A stretch of DNA of 63,778 bases, filler included, from Perkinsus chesapeaki ATCC PRA-425 (GCA_013115145.1; 5 parts of 5 records of this genome joined end to end with filler, not necessarily neighbours in it), one strand, 5' to 3'. Shown: positions 46,601-59,476, counted from the whole stretch's first letter. Numbers and translations: made by a program. Notes: a model not told the origin generated them from the letters alone.

Positions 46601-47983
46601 AGCCGACTTTTGGCATAATGGAAAAGTCACTATTTCTAGTGGGGACAGAACTCCTTGATCAGAGTTTAACTGCTTAGTAGACCACCACTGTTTAGTAGTA
46701 AACTCCTTTATAATCTTCTGGTACTCTGTCCTTGCTTCATCAGATAAGCTATTATATAAGCCAACGCTATAATCATATACGTTATTATTAGTCTCAGATA
46801 TACCATCTTTAATAGCAACATCTATCTCTACTACAAGTGATTGTTCAGGTGTATCTTTAACTTCTCCAGGTAGTAGTCTCCTTAATCTATACTTATAATC
46901 TTCCCCACCAGGGCACTTTTTCCATACACCAATCTGACTAGTAAGATACTCTTCCGCCGCCCTGACTTGATCATCCAGGCAAGCATCTAGGCCTCCTTTA
47001 TTTCCCTTTATTTGAGGAGGGAGGACTACACGGACACCTATGTCGTTAAGTTGGGAGAAACCTACTATAATGTCTGTCTGAGGGATTTCTCGGACAAGCA
47101 AGAAATTTAGAATCGGACAATAACCAGCATAGCTTAATCGCGCTTGTACAAACTCAGTTGTTTCTAGTACTTGCCCATTTGCCACTGTGATGTAAGCAGG
47201 TGCATCAAGTTGCTTTCGCTTCAAGTGTAACCTGTCACTAGCATCTACTTGCCTCATATTATGAGTGGAGTAGGTATCCAGACCCACTCTAAGTGGCAGG
47301 GATATTCCTGAATTATCTACAGGAGATACATTCGCAAGCACTATGAGCACCCTCTCATTTACTCCAACTGTGGACGCAAGACTTATTCCATAAACGGAAC
47401 TCTCACTATTATGCTCACTCGGCCCAACACGGGACTTATTGTCCGTCGGGCCTTTTTTACCACCTCCATTCTTGGGGCACTGAGCTATTCTATGAGATGT
47501 AGCACCACATTTAAGACATAAACCAGCTTGCCTTCTTTCTTGTAAGATATCGCTAGGAACACCTAGCTTTTGTGATAGAGTAGGCTCTTTAGAAGACTTA
47601 GAAGGCGGGGTTGTAGAATCAACATTAGGCTTAGTACTCCTACTTTGTGGTGATTGTGCTTGATCGTAGAAAGACTTCCCATACTTGAACGAACGATGAT
47701 GATGTCCAGTCTTCTGATACTTAGGACGTGGAATAACCGCATCTTTATCATCATCCTGTCTGTGAGTTTTTCCATTACTATTAGTAACAGGAGTCGATAC
47801 ATTTGATGATCTAGGCTTCTCTTTCTTCGTATAATCAAACCTTTCCAAACCAAAATACTCATCAATAGTACTTGTACCATTTGCAGATACAAATCTTTGT
47901 ACCAAGTCCATACAGGATGTATCAGAAGTTGCCTCCTTTTCAATTTTCATAGCCAACTCATTGACTCCTACATTTCCGGCCAC
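43655..47983 (-). mobile_element. LTR retrotransposon with uninterrupted Gag-Pol (at least 1442 aa, 5'-truncated by contig end), BEL/Pao-like pol
   Basis: CCHC knuckle CLKCGATSHRIAQC, PR LDTYS, RT LDLSRAF/RVIFG/YYDD, KRLIFSVCGQFYDPL...GGWD, RNase H GFCDA/HVNRKE/CDN/NSAADNLSR, IN HHCC plus VDFTG/LDQAG/VEGAIR, GDKV...GPF. Confidence 0.92.
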
Positions 47984-47984
47984 T

Positions 47985-48084
47985 NNNNNNNNNNNNNNNN
48001 NNNNNNNNNNNNNNNNNNNNNNNNNNNNTTAATTAATTAANNNNNNNNNNNNNNNNNNNNNNNNNNNNNNNNNNNNNNNNNNNN
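47985..48084. other. Artificial contig linker
   Basis: Ns with TTAATTAATTAA at 48029-48040. Confidence 0.99.
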
Positions 48085-48216
48085 ATGGTGGCGGAGGGGG
48101 GGCCGATTGGGGCAGCGATGGTGGCGGAGGGGGGACCGACTGGGGCAGCGATGGTGGCGGAGGGGGGGCCGATTGGGGCAGCGATGGTGGCGGAGGGGGG
48201 ACCGACTGGGGCAGCG
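48085..48216 (+). repeat. 33-bp coding tandem repeat x4 (DGGGGG[A/T]DWGS), truncated by contig start
   Basis: atggtggcggagggggg(g/a)ccga(t/c)tggggcagcg at 48085, 48118, 48151, 48184. Confidence 0.92.
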
Positions 48217-49590
48217 ATGGTGGGGCTGGCGGAGGCGGTGGTACCTGGGGAGATGATACTGGTGCCGGAAATGACTGGAGCGACAATAGTGGGAGTGTTC
48301 CGGCTGACAACGGCGGTGGGTTTGGTGATTCGGGTTTTGGCGCAGGGCCGAGTAGCGATACTGGAAGCGGTGGCTCTGACTGGGGTTCGAATTCCGGTTC
48401 GTTTGGTAATGAAGGCTCAGCGGCGGCAGGGTCGTTCGATAATTCTCCAGATGGCGGCTTCGGCAACGAGGCCAACTTTGACAATGAGGGTGGGAGTAGG
48501 GACCCGTTTGGCGGAGGCGGAGAGCCGGCGGATCCATTTGGGAGCGGCGAGGGTGCGTTCTCTGGGACGGACTCGGACGTATCGATCAACCCGGTCAGCA
48601 GTGGTGGTAGGGATATCCATACCAGATTGGCGGACACTAGTGGCGAGTCTAACAGTGATATCAACCCAATCGCCGGTAGAGCTCCGGGAGGGGGCGGCGG
48701 TGGCCGAGGGATGGACGAAGGAGGAGGAGGGCCAAGGGACATAAGAACGCCGCTGGCTGACGATTTCCACTTCACTGATGAAAGCCTGAACCCATCGTTC
48801 AGTGACGATATCGAATTTGCCGATCCTCTGGGCAGAAGTCTCGACCGCGATATCATGGCAGCGGCTCGACGTAATGGAGTGCCCTTCGGGTCCCATCCTC
48901 CTCACACTAGTAGGCTTGCCGATGCGATAGCTTCCCGTGTGAGCTCCTCAGGCGCTATGTACCCCTCCGCAGGGCATCACTATGATCAGCACCACCGTCA
49001 TCACGCGACCGGTTACCATGGAGGGAGCCACGGCCTTCTGGTGAGGCAGAGCTCGATTTGGGCCCTGGTGATATTGTTTCAGGGTCCGAACGAGGCTCTG
49101 GTCTCCTACAACAACCCAAGCTTCCCCAGCTCCGCCTACCTTAGTGTCTTCGACACGGCTAGGGCGCACGAGAGAGGAATCTTTAGAGTGAGTAGTGAAG
49201 GAGGGAAGATACGGTATCTTTGGTTGATAGGAAATCCGTCCGTGGCGCGGTCATCAGCATCCGGGAGCATCCCATGACATGCACTGTCGAACTACTCAGT
49301 CACCTCATACGGCTGGTTACACTGCGCCGTCAGGACTGCACTGCCGTGGGCCCGCGGGGCGGTGCTCGGTGGCACGTCTTGACTGTGGATATCTGGGAGG
49401 GAGCCGCTATGAGGCCAAGACCTATTTCATGTTCCAGACCAAGGCTGATAGAGATGCTTTCGTGGCCAGGTGGAGAAGGGGAGGCAGCGGAGGAGGGGGT
49501 GGGGGGATGCATCATCACTATGGGGGGATGCATCATTACTATGGGGGGATGGACAGCATGGTGGAACTCATACAGCTGTTTCCGCGGTAG
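48085..49590 (+). CDS. 5'-partial Gly/Asp/Ser-rich low-complexity protein with WG repeats; two predicted introns
   Basis: Open frame from the repeat into ORF 48627; in-phase GT-AG joins to NEALVSYNNPSF and to ORF 49279-49590. Confidence 0.55.
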
Positions 49591-50177
49591 TCGCCGTTGG
49601 TCAGATCCACGAAGGCCATCCGTTGGTCTCGTTTTCGTCTCGGTTTTCTGCGGCTAACCAAATGGTTGCCACCAAGATCGTCGGCCACAGCGGCTTCATT
49701 GATGTAGATCTCATGGCAGCTTCGCTCCGCTGCATTTTTCGAATGTCAGGTCTCCGACTCCACTACTGGCCGCCACGCTTATCAGCTTAAATGTTTAAGA
49801 CAAGTTCACGCAGTTAAGTACAAGCTGTTCCCTCCGAGGAGCATTCGCTGCAGCGGTGGAGGAGGGGACTGCAAGGGGCTCAGGCTGCGCTGTGCAAGGT
49901 AGTAGGGGGAGGGCGCGGTGTCTTCAGAGGGATCGGTAGGTGGTCCCATGGCTACCCGGCCAGCGCCTACAGCTACGTCTGGCTCATGTTCGGATCTGAG
50001 TGGGAGAGGAACCATATGGCGTCCTGGTGGGGATGAGAGTACACCGGCGGAGTTGCCATTTTTAAAAATGTTTTTAATGTTCATGATGTCCTTGTGATTT
50101 ATGGTAAAGGTGTTATGCGCAGTCGTGGAGTTGTGTTGGAAGTTCCCACAGTGGGCCTAGCGTCCTGTTTATTAACT

Positions 50178-52275
50178 ATGTCCCAGACGACGACGACAGC
50201 AGCAGCAGTGACGGAGGATCACAGGGCATCTGGTAAGGTGCCAACAGGAGGAGGAGGAGGGAATAGGCATCACCATAACCGAGTCTGGAGATGGTCGGGA
50301 CCGCCGACTTCGGCGGGGACTTTGCGGTGGGTGGTGAAGCCAAGTCGATCACGAGGCAAAGGCGGTGGAGGAGGAGGAGGGCACAGACGTTTTCATGGGC
50401 ATCCGAAAGGGGATGGGTGAGGGTTGTCGAGCTAGTAGCGTCTCAGCTGGCGGTGTCTTCAGGAAGGACAGTGGGCGAGTGGAGGCGGACAAGACATCCA
50501 CCGTTGCGGAGAGCCTTGAGGGCTTTGAAGAGGAAGAGCAACGGAAGGGATCTTCGGCCCAGTCAACAGCTTCGGGCTACTCGACACCTGTGTCGGAGGA
50601 CTTGGCCAGCAGTAGAACGGATGAGGTAGAGCGGCTTGGTAATGGTGGTGCCCAGCAGCGCTCTTGTGTCCAGTGTCCCCCATCGCACGCTTCGCCACCT
50701 TCGACGTGTTCGGGCGTTCGAGATGGCGCACAGCTGGAGACTTCTGCGGAGCTGTTGGATAATGAGTCTGCGGCGGGCGCCATTCCTCAGGAGATGGCCT
50801 TGTCGACGTCGTTGAGGATCGCCTGGGGAGCTATGACCTGTACGTGTCCAGAGTGCACGCAGAGGGTGGCGGACCAAGTCTTGAATGCCTACACCAGCGG
50901 GAGCATTCCCACCACGGATGAGGCGGTGCGCGTTGGTCACGAGGCTGTTTCAGAGGTAGGTGTCAGAGGGGGGAATGCGGCGGCATCCTCTGGTCATTTG
51001 AAGGCTTCGAGGGTCAGGTTGATGGAACGAACGTGTGAAGTAGGACTTTCTGCTGCCCCAGTCCCCTTACTGGACCCGGCAAAGGCACGACATGCTCCGC
51101 GTGATTTTCAGTGTCGAGATGATCCGATTCCAAGTGGCAATGAAGTCTCATCAGTTGGCATTTGTGGGAAATATCCTCCATTATAGAGCGCCGTGCATAG
51201 TGGTGGATTAATAGTTCCAGTTGAGCGTCGTCGCGTGTGGGATTTGGTATGAAGATTTAGGAAAACGGCACTTGAACTGATCAGTTGGTTATAGGGAATA
51301 TGGTACCGATTGTATTGTGCTGGCACTGCTAGGCGGACAGGCTTCGGCATGATCGAGCTGGGCTTCGTTGGGGGATGATACAGTGTTGTTGTGTTATTTG
51401 ATAGAGCGTCCTTCTCTCAGTCGGCACAGCACAGCCTTCATGGTTGTCCCTCGTTGAGTAATCGGCACCCATCCCCGGCCGACGCCGGCCTGACTAATTT
51501 TAACACCAAACACCCTTGCAGATTGAGGCTCTGTGGGAACATGTCTCGGGCTTGTCGAGAAGAGATTTTGTATGGTCGGTGCAAGAGAGGGAGCGCCTGT
51601 CAATTCAGCCACGACAGGTCATACTCTAAGGTAAGTAATGCGGTCAAGCTTTGAGATTTCTGGGTGGAAAGAGTTGATCAGATATTGATGGGATAGATAG
51701 TGCTGATGGTGTTGTTATTGTTATTTCAGGCTCTTTTGAAGATGCATAAGTCTAGTATGTGTCCCTGGGGCAGAGACTGCTATTTTGGCACCAATTGTCT
51801 TTATAGTCATACTCGAGCTGAGGTGGAGAAAGCACAGGAGTGGCTTATTGGAGGGCAGCTCGACGAGTAGGGAAGGAGGTGGTGGTGCTATGATGTGAAA
51901 TATGAGCAAATGGTGGCCTACAGCTGTTGGCGGGGGAAACTTGCTTGGATTTCGACATTCTCTCAAGTTGAATATTGAACTGTGGTTATACGCCATTACG
52001 ATGTGTTATTCAGGTATTGCCGAGAAGCCTATCTGGCACACCAATCCAGGATGACGACGGAGCTGTTTATCGAGTTGCAGAAAAAGCATCAATATCGCTA
52101 TCAAGACCCTTTTTACTCGGCGATGACTATGTTACCGAGCGGCGACGGGAGTCTGACGGCACCGATGGCCTCGCAGTTCGGCCCGCCACGCGCAGCCAGC
52201 TATAGTGGTGAGATGCTCTTGCTGTCCGGAAGTTGTAGTGTATGTTTTGTAGGCCTAGGAGGGAGCTACCAATGA
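50178..52275 (+). CDS. Tandem CCCH zinc-finger RNA-binding protein, multi-exon (structure approximate)
   Basis: ACREEILYGRCKRGSACQFSH (Cx8Cx5Cx3H) and HKSSMCPWGRDCYFGTNCLYSH on successive exons. Confidence 0.65.
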
Positions 52276-53024
52276 AGCTACGGGGACCGCCGTTGTTAAT
52301 GTTTTATCACATCTCTCATGGTGATCTTAAGGGGCACTATTAGGCGCGGGAGGTTTTCCCACACTAACAGATGCCACACAGTGTAACACAGCCTGGTGTC
52401 CCTGTCTCTGGCATTGACGTGCTCCTCAGATACCTGTGGGGTCTCCATCTATTCGTTTGTTGTGGCTGTCATCATCACTTGTCCTTCTTATGGTGTCAAA
52501 TGGTCTGGTGGGGGAGTATCCTGAGCAAATATACCATTGTTAATCAACTACACGCCTGCTGCCCCGGTCGCCTTCATCATCTCCCGAAAACTTACTTTTC
52601 TGTACCATTCTTGTATCATGACATGCACTGTGATGAAATGCACTTCTGCCTCGATGCCCAATGACCGGTATTTCGTGACATCGGTTGTATTATGTACTAT
52701 GTGGACACTCCGATGGTGACCCGATATTTTTGGTTGGTTATCTGGAATGTTCCTGTGCGCTGGAACTTCGAAGGTTTTATTAGGAGTCGCTCCCGTCGCC
52801 TGGTGCTCTGTCCCGATGACTACGCTGATTGGGATTGTTAATACTAATGACTCTATTCTTCGGTAGCTTAGCTTATACTACGTTCTTTGTGTGGTCTTTG
52901 GTCTCCTTAATCCACCGTTGCCACCGCGCCGCGTTGGCCACGATAGTCTGTTATCTACTTTCGCTTAACTCTCTTGCGTTTTTGGGCTCGAACTTGAAGT
53001 AGGTGTCCAGAGACGAGGCAGTAA

Positions 53025-55385
53025 ATGGCACCGTCTCCGAAGAAGAGAGCCGCACCGAAGGGGCTTATGGTGGCGGTTAACCAGAAAAAGAAGAAGGACG
53101 CCCCGCAGATTTCCCCAGAGGAAACTGTCATCATTCAGTTCGTCAGTGCCGACGGTATGTTAAGCCACTAGCGCGGGTGCCACAGCCTGCTGGCCTTAGG
53201 TTTGGGCACCGGCTCAGAGCTGAGCTTGCCGTTGAACACCGAGCGCGCAGAGCTGCAGGTGCTGTTGAAGGATCTGCTGTTGGCCGAAGTTGACCAGGTA
53301 GATTGTTGTGCTGTTTGCCGGAACTATTTCGTCTGTCAGAGTTCGAAAGGTGAAGACCTTCGTGATGAAATACAGGATACGGACTACTCGTTCCTATTAA
53401 ACGACAGTAAGTGGGTGGTGATGCATGTTGGTGAGCGTATGTGGGCAGGTACGCAGGAGGTTTCGACTACGCTCCATGCTGCATGGACCGCATTGGAAGC
53501 CCAACCCTCGGCAGAGCAGACCCTGAGGGTCCGGTGAGTATCGGTTTAGTACGGTCTGCGATGGAGGGCACTTGGAAACTCAATGGCATCGTTTGCAAGC
53601 ACCCTCCATTGTAGGACTGCTGGATTCAGTTCAGGCGGTGATTTTCGTTGTATGAGATATTGGTCTTCAGGTACCATCCTTTGGCCCGGTTCCGTGTGAG
53701 GCCGGTCACTCGGTGTACTTCATCTATGACGGGCCACACTGATTCAGTGCTTTGCGCTGCATTCAGTCCAGATAGTAGGCCTCTGCTTGAGCAGCTGCTT
53801 GTTGTGATTGTCCGCGTTTCAGGTTCTAGACTGGCGACTGGATCCGGCGATTGCACCGTACGGTTGTGGGACTTGTTCACCGAAACACCGCTTCACACGT
53901 GCAAGGTGGCTCTTTCACCTAGTCGCTGGGGATTCCCTTTTCTGATCAGGGTCACGCGTCTTGGGTGCTGCTGGTGGCCTGGTCTGGTGACGGCAAGAGA
54001 TTGTTGTCTGCTGGGATGGACAAGACGGCTATGGTCTGGGACGGAGCGAAGGGGCAGAAGCTGGGCACTTTGAAAGGTAAGCGGTAGAGCATGCGCATGC
54101 GTGGCAGTGTGATGGCTTAGGTCATACCGGCCCGATCACTTGCGGTACCTGGCAGCCATTTCACTTGCTCGCCGATGGGCAAATGCTACCCAACATCGCA
54201 ACTGGCTCCAAGGACATGAGCATCAGGGTTTGGGATGGTGAGAATTAACAGTCCTTCCTTTGAGCAGTTATTATCGGGAGCACTGCACGGTTGTTTTAGG
54301 TGCCAACTACAGTATATTGTACGTGCTCACCTCGCATACAGCGCCGGTCACTTGCCTAAGGTGGACAGGCGAGAACTACATCATCTCTGGAAGCCGTGAT
54401 CGCGTTCTGAAGGTGCGCTGCCGATATGTTGCCGGTCGTGTACGCCGCTCGTCTCAGGCGTGGTCACCGAAAGATGGCCGCATGCTCCGAGAGTTCAAGG
54501 GACATGCGCACTGGGTGAATACAGTATGCTGCAACACGGTAAGCCAGTGGGCTGAGCGGCAGTCTGTGGTGATGGATTTGAGTAGGACTATGTGACTCTC
54601 AAGACCGGCTGCTTCGGTGAGAAGGATCAGCCAGCGACGGCCGAGACTACAGTGGCAGAGTTGAAAGAGAGGGCATTACAGAGGTATTTTACAGCCGCCT
54701 TGGGCTTTGCTAGCCCGCCACTGCTAGGTACAATAAAATGATCAAGCAAACAGGTGGTGTAGGCGAGAGGATCTTATCCGGTAGCGACGACTTCACAATG
54801 TTTTTGTGGAGTATGGACAGTAAGTCAACTCGGCCTGATGTCGTAGCAGGTTCAAACTTGTCGTATCTCTCAGTATAAAATGGCATTGTTAACCGCCGAG
54901 CTTCTTTTTATTTTTGTCAGGCAAGAAGCCTCTGTGTCGGCTCACTGGGCATCAGAAGCTGGTTAATAATGTCCAGTTCAGCCCTGATGGTCGTATGATT
55001 GCCAGCGCTAGCTTCGACAAGTCTGTTAGGCTATGGGATGGTGTTACAGGAAAGTAACAACAACAGTTTCTCCCAGATTCCGTGCCATGATGGTTGCCAG
55101 GTTCATGTGTGCTCTTCGAGGGCATGTTGCTGACGTCTATATGGTGTCATGGTCCGCCGATAGCCGCATGCTCGTCTCTGGGTCGAAAGACTCTACGGTG
55201 AAGGTAATGCTCCTAAGCAATGAACGCATTACAATGTTAACCAGGTCTGGGATGCCAGCAAGCGGAAACTGAAGGAAGACCTGCCGGGCCACGCCGATGA
55301 GGTGTTCGCCGTCGATTGGAGCGGTGATGGTGCTCGAGTCGTAAGCGCCGGACGAGATAAAGTTGTTAAAATATGGAAGCACTGA
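53025..55385 (+). CDS. NLE1: Notchless/Rsa4 WD40 ribosome-assembly protein, multi-exon
   Basis: [92 protein letters not shown]. Confidence 0.95.
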
Positions 55386-55812
55386 TTCTCGCTTTACCAC
55401 TGTTTCTTGTATCTTACCACAACGTCATTACTAGTAGCTTCCTGAGTGTTTTTGGGTTTTCAATTCGAGTACTGGGTGACAAACCTTCGAAGTGCGACAT
55501 GAAACGGCTGGCACGCGTGCGTTAGGGATCTCGCCAATTTGCGCTGAGTTGGGTTCACTTTCGTTCCCCTTATTCTTATTATACCTTGTTAGAGGCGCTC
55601 TATTCTTGGAGGTCACCAGAGCAGATCGTTCGCTACTGTAGACGTCTCTCGTCCGCCACAACTACTTCGTTAACAAGAGGTTTAAGGCTTTTAGTTGGCG
55701 CTGTGAATCCGTTCGCGTAGAGAATATCCGTCAGTAGGGAAACGTCTACTTGTCCACCTGTCGTTCGGGAGTGATGCTATTCATTAGTATCTCAGTTGGT
55801 ATTAGTTACCAA

Positions 55813-56541
55813 ATGCTCGCCAGCCCATTTCGACAAGCCTTTCTCAGAATTGGCGGTTGCCCCAATATGGGCTTGGTACAGATGGTAAGCAACCCTCTAT
55901 CGGAGCCGCGCACACGCCTACCCCAGGCCCGCTTTAATGCTGCTGCCGCTGCTGCCTCAAGTCCAGTGGCGACTACTAGTGCCAGTGATGAAGCTAAGCC
56001 CAAGAGGACTAGGAGGAAGAAGCAACATCGTACGATGAAGGACGGTGCCCATAGTAAGCAGTGCTTACTGAGCACGATAGTCGAGCAAGGCTTGAAATAA
56101 CGTCATTGATGTCCTGCTGACAGATACCGGTCTCCATCAGCTCTGTTCACTCTCTCCCGAACTAAGCAATATAGTTGGTTCTCCGAAGGCCAGTCGAGTC
56201 GATGTAAACAAGAAAGTGTAAGAGCGTGAAGGCGATGTGTTTGACACAATCGATTATGAATAGGTGGGGCTACATCAATTCTCATAACCTGCAAGATGAA
56301 AATGACAAAAGAAATATCAAGCCCGATGCAGCTCTTGGTAAGATTTTCCTGAGAATCAATCTCTTTCTTCGACACTCCCTGAGCAGTTCTCGATAACACA
56401 GTCTCTACTTTCTTAGGGCGAGTGATTCCCGTTCCTGTGGTGAACATGTGTGCCATGCAGAAATACATACAGAAGCATGTGACGAATATTAATGCATCCT
56501 AAGCTGCAGCAAGGATACTGCGCAACGTCTCTACTACGTAG
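55813..56541 (+). CDS. Stand-alone SWIB/MDM2-domain protein with a presequence-like N-terminus, multi-exon
   Basis: Spliced GLHQLCSLSPELSNIVGSPKASRVDVNKKVWGYINSHNLQDENDKRNIKPDAAL; Arg-rich, acid-free start MLASPFRQAFLRIGG; last exon uncertain. Confidence 0.8.
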
Positions 56542-56743
56542 AATAGGCCTATAACTGCAGTGCTCTGCCATCATATAATGACTTTCATCATAATAACTTG
56601 CTTGTCGAGTTGTAAATCGCAGAGGAACTCTCAGATATGATACAAATTTTATCATGCAACGGATTCTTCATGATGTGAATCAGAGTCTGTGAGTCAGGGA
56701 CACCCCGCCCGGACCTCTGGACTCTGAGGCCTACTACAGTCGC

Positions 56744-59288
56744 TATAGTATAGTCACTATACTATAATGTGACCGTGGGCCACTGCTTCGAATTGGGCTG
56801 AATCCAGTCCAGATCGAATTCGTTTGTGGCTGCTGCATCGAGCCGTCACAATAGCAGTTTTGCCGCAAAAGTTTTGCGGCAAAACTGAGGCCTCAGCCTG
56901 AGACCCTGAGAATCCTGAGGGAATTCAACTTGTCTTGACTCGATACTCTTTATTGCGGAACCATCTTGATATGCATAGCAAATCTCTCCCGATACATTCC
57001 GCGACCATCAATACCGCTCTGTCCCGACTTGCCACCACTAGCTCCTACTAGCATTGCTCCTAGTCTCCTCTACCCGCAACCTAGTAACCGCTCTGTCCAC
57101 ATGAGTAGTCCAATACTTGATATCGTCCGTCGTCCGTAACTGCTGTGAATGCCTGTCCCTTTGTTCAGCCTTCCGCCGCAGGCAAACAACTCAGTAATGG
57201 CCTTAAGACGACTAAGTCACCGTACGGAGGCCTCCCATGTGAAGTTTCAAACTAAGTTTGGTCCCAAATTGGGACTCCAATCATTGGAGTCCAATGCACT
57301 AACTTGTATAGTAGGAAGCCCGGAGGGCTCTACAGCTCCGTAGACCATGGAGAACACAGTCTGTTACGCAGAAACAATCTGCATGACAGGCAGACAGGAG
57401 TACAGCGTACTCCGTCTCTGCCATAAGCTCAAACGAAGACTCATTTACGGGCTCGCAATATATCGATACCTCTGGGTCCCAGAGTCTGGGAGGCCTTAGG
57501 CCTAGGAAGGCTAAGAATCTTAGCCTAAGATGTCATAAATTTGAATTACAGTAATTTACAGTGTCTACGTAATGTTCTACGTTGTTTCCACTGGAGACAT
57601 TTTTAACATGTCTTAGTATGGGCCCCATACTATGAACCCCATAGTGCAACAGTGATGTAAGCTACATCATGGAACATCACAGCCTGAACTTGGAGTCGTA
57701 GTTTTGGAATGCTGCAATATGCCTATTCCTTCGATCTTTTCACCCCTGAAGATCCAAAGCCGATCATTCACCTTCACGGTCGCGTTTGGGTTATGCTAAG
57801 TACTCTGTTAGTAGAACTGCCTCTGGCGAATATGTATACTTCGTGGACATCTATCTCGTGAAAGAACTCCTCTGCCGCCTGGGCGATGATAGCCATGCAA
57901 TGAGTGGCATGTTAGTGGTCCGCATTTACAGTGTAAATTTTACAATGTGTAAATTACACAACTGTGTGATGGGAAAGTAGGGCCTCACGGTGAATTAGTC
58001 ACCCTTCTCAGCTCCATGCCGGTTCCAGAAAGCAGATGCGCAGCCAGTACTGACATTGGTCGCGAGTTTCCCCACTTCAGAATCTCAGGCTGGGTTACCG
58101 GCGGTACCGTACCGCCGGTATCATACCGCCGGTATGATACCGGGCATCAGATGCCCCGAGACTGTGTTGGCAACACAGTGTTGACCCTCTGTCTTCGATC
58201 ACCGCCGGTGATTCACCGGATGAAGACAGTGGCTGAACCGCTGGGAGCAGCTGGTGCGCTCTGCTTCTCAGCAGCAGGAGCATCCCGCCAGGAAGAGCAT
58301 CAACGGTTAATGATTAACCGGGGCAGCTGCGGATTTTCCCGAAATCATTTCGGGCATCAGGGGAAACAGAAACTACGGCCCGTAGTCTGTGCCACAGACT
58401 CTGTGGAGCAGAAATCCCGCTGCGGAATCGTTGGTTGTACCAGTGGTATCAGAATCTGATAATCAGATGTCTGCTTAGTATAAGTGTCCCCCCGTCGAGG
58501 TGGAGGCCGTTAGCTTTTCTTCGGGGGCCATGGAATTGAGCAAGGCATCAGCCGCTGAACCAGCTGCTGATGCGTTGATGATCAGCGCAGTCGTCACGAA
58601 TGGGTACAATTGAGTTTTCGTCGTCATTGTGCGGCATGGTATAGGCACTGTCTGCTCCTTCAAAAAGGAGACCTATCCTGGATAGGACCTGTACCAGGTC
58701 TTCCTTTTACATGTCAAGTTGACAGGAACAGGATCGACTATGCAGACTGATAAAAGTTTTATCATAAAACATCAGTGGTATTACCAGTTGTATCAGTTCG
58801 AGGCTCAAACTTCGAGATATGTTAATTGTACTATCATAGTACTACTATGCTCAACAGGATTAGTCATAATTTATAGCTCATAAAGGGAGATCAAGATAAA
58901 CAAAGATCCAGCGATCTGTTACTGTAACAGTAACTGTGTAACAGTGTTGCACAGTTACTGTCCATGCCGTATGGACATTGTGACAATGTCAATGACATTG
59001 TCACAATGTCCATGACATTATGTCATTGTCATCTTGGCAACGACTCGTTGCCAACGAGTGAAGAAAGAACCAGGCTTGGCTAGACTTCAGGCAGGACTCC
59101 TGGGGACTCAGATTAGCTTTCAATTCTGTCGTATTGTCAGGCAGTCGGGATTCCAGTAGTGACTAGTCTCGTTCAGGTCTGCCGCGTAACTTACGCGGCG
59201 TAAAAGAAGTGGTCATTGAGGCGTAACTTACGCCTCTAATTGGGGCCCTAAGACCTATGGCCTAAGTACGTCGGACGGACTCCGTCCG
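56744..59288. repeat. Non-coding field of perfect palindromes with single-base centres
   Basis: Arms of 11 (56744-56766), 16 (56855-56887), 10 (57272-57292), 9 (57508-57526), 9 (57614-57632), 12 (58096-58120), 21 (58971-59013), 10 (59034-59054), 9 (59181-59199), 9 (59218-59236) and 8 bp (59272-59288). Confidence 0.92.
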
Positions 59289-59476
59289 CTGCTGGCCGTA
59301 GCTTGAAGAGTACTTGCAATCTTTCGAGCCGCTCGAGTTTAACGTTATTAAGCGAGCAAGACAATGGATGCGCTCGACGGAGCGTAGTGAAGCCCCAGTG
59401 TCATGTTAACGAACTCGGGTAACTTCTAGATACTGGGTAGAACGCAAAGTACTTGTATAACTGCTGACGAGTGGTA

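Noticed and set aside
47563-47943. 126-aa ORF overlapping gag
   Set aside because: Alternative frame inside the long Gag-Pol ORF with no recognisable motif
48029-48856. Pro-rich 275-aa minus-strand ORF and the other overlapping ORFs at 48037-48905
   Set aside because: Antisense or off-frame shadows of the G-rich plus-strand coding repeat; they run into the linker
49540-50084. Minus-strand gene with an AFVDLTN degron-like motif
   Set aside because: No consistent exon chain could be built and it overlaps the plus-strand gene end; unsupported without transcripts
58016-58663. ORFs inside the palindrome field
   Set aside because: No domain or exon logic; open frames are explained by GC-rich fold-back sequence
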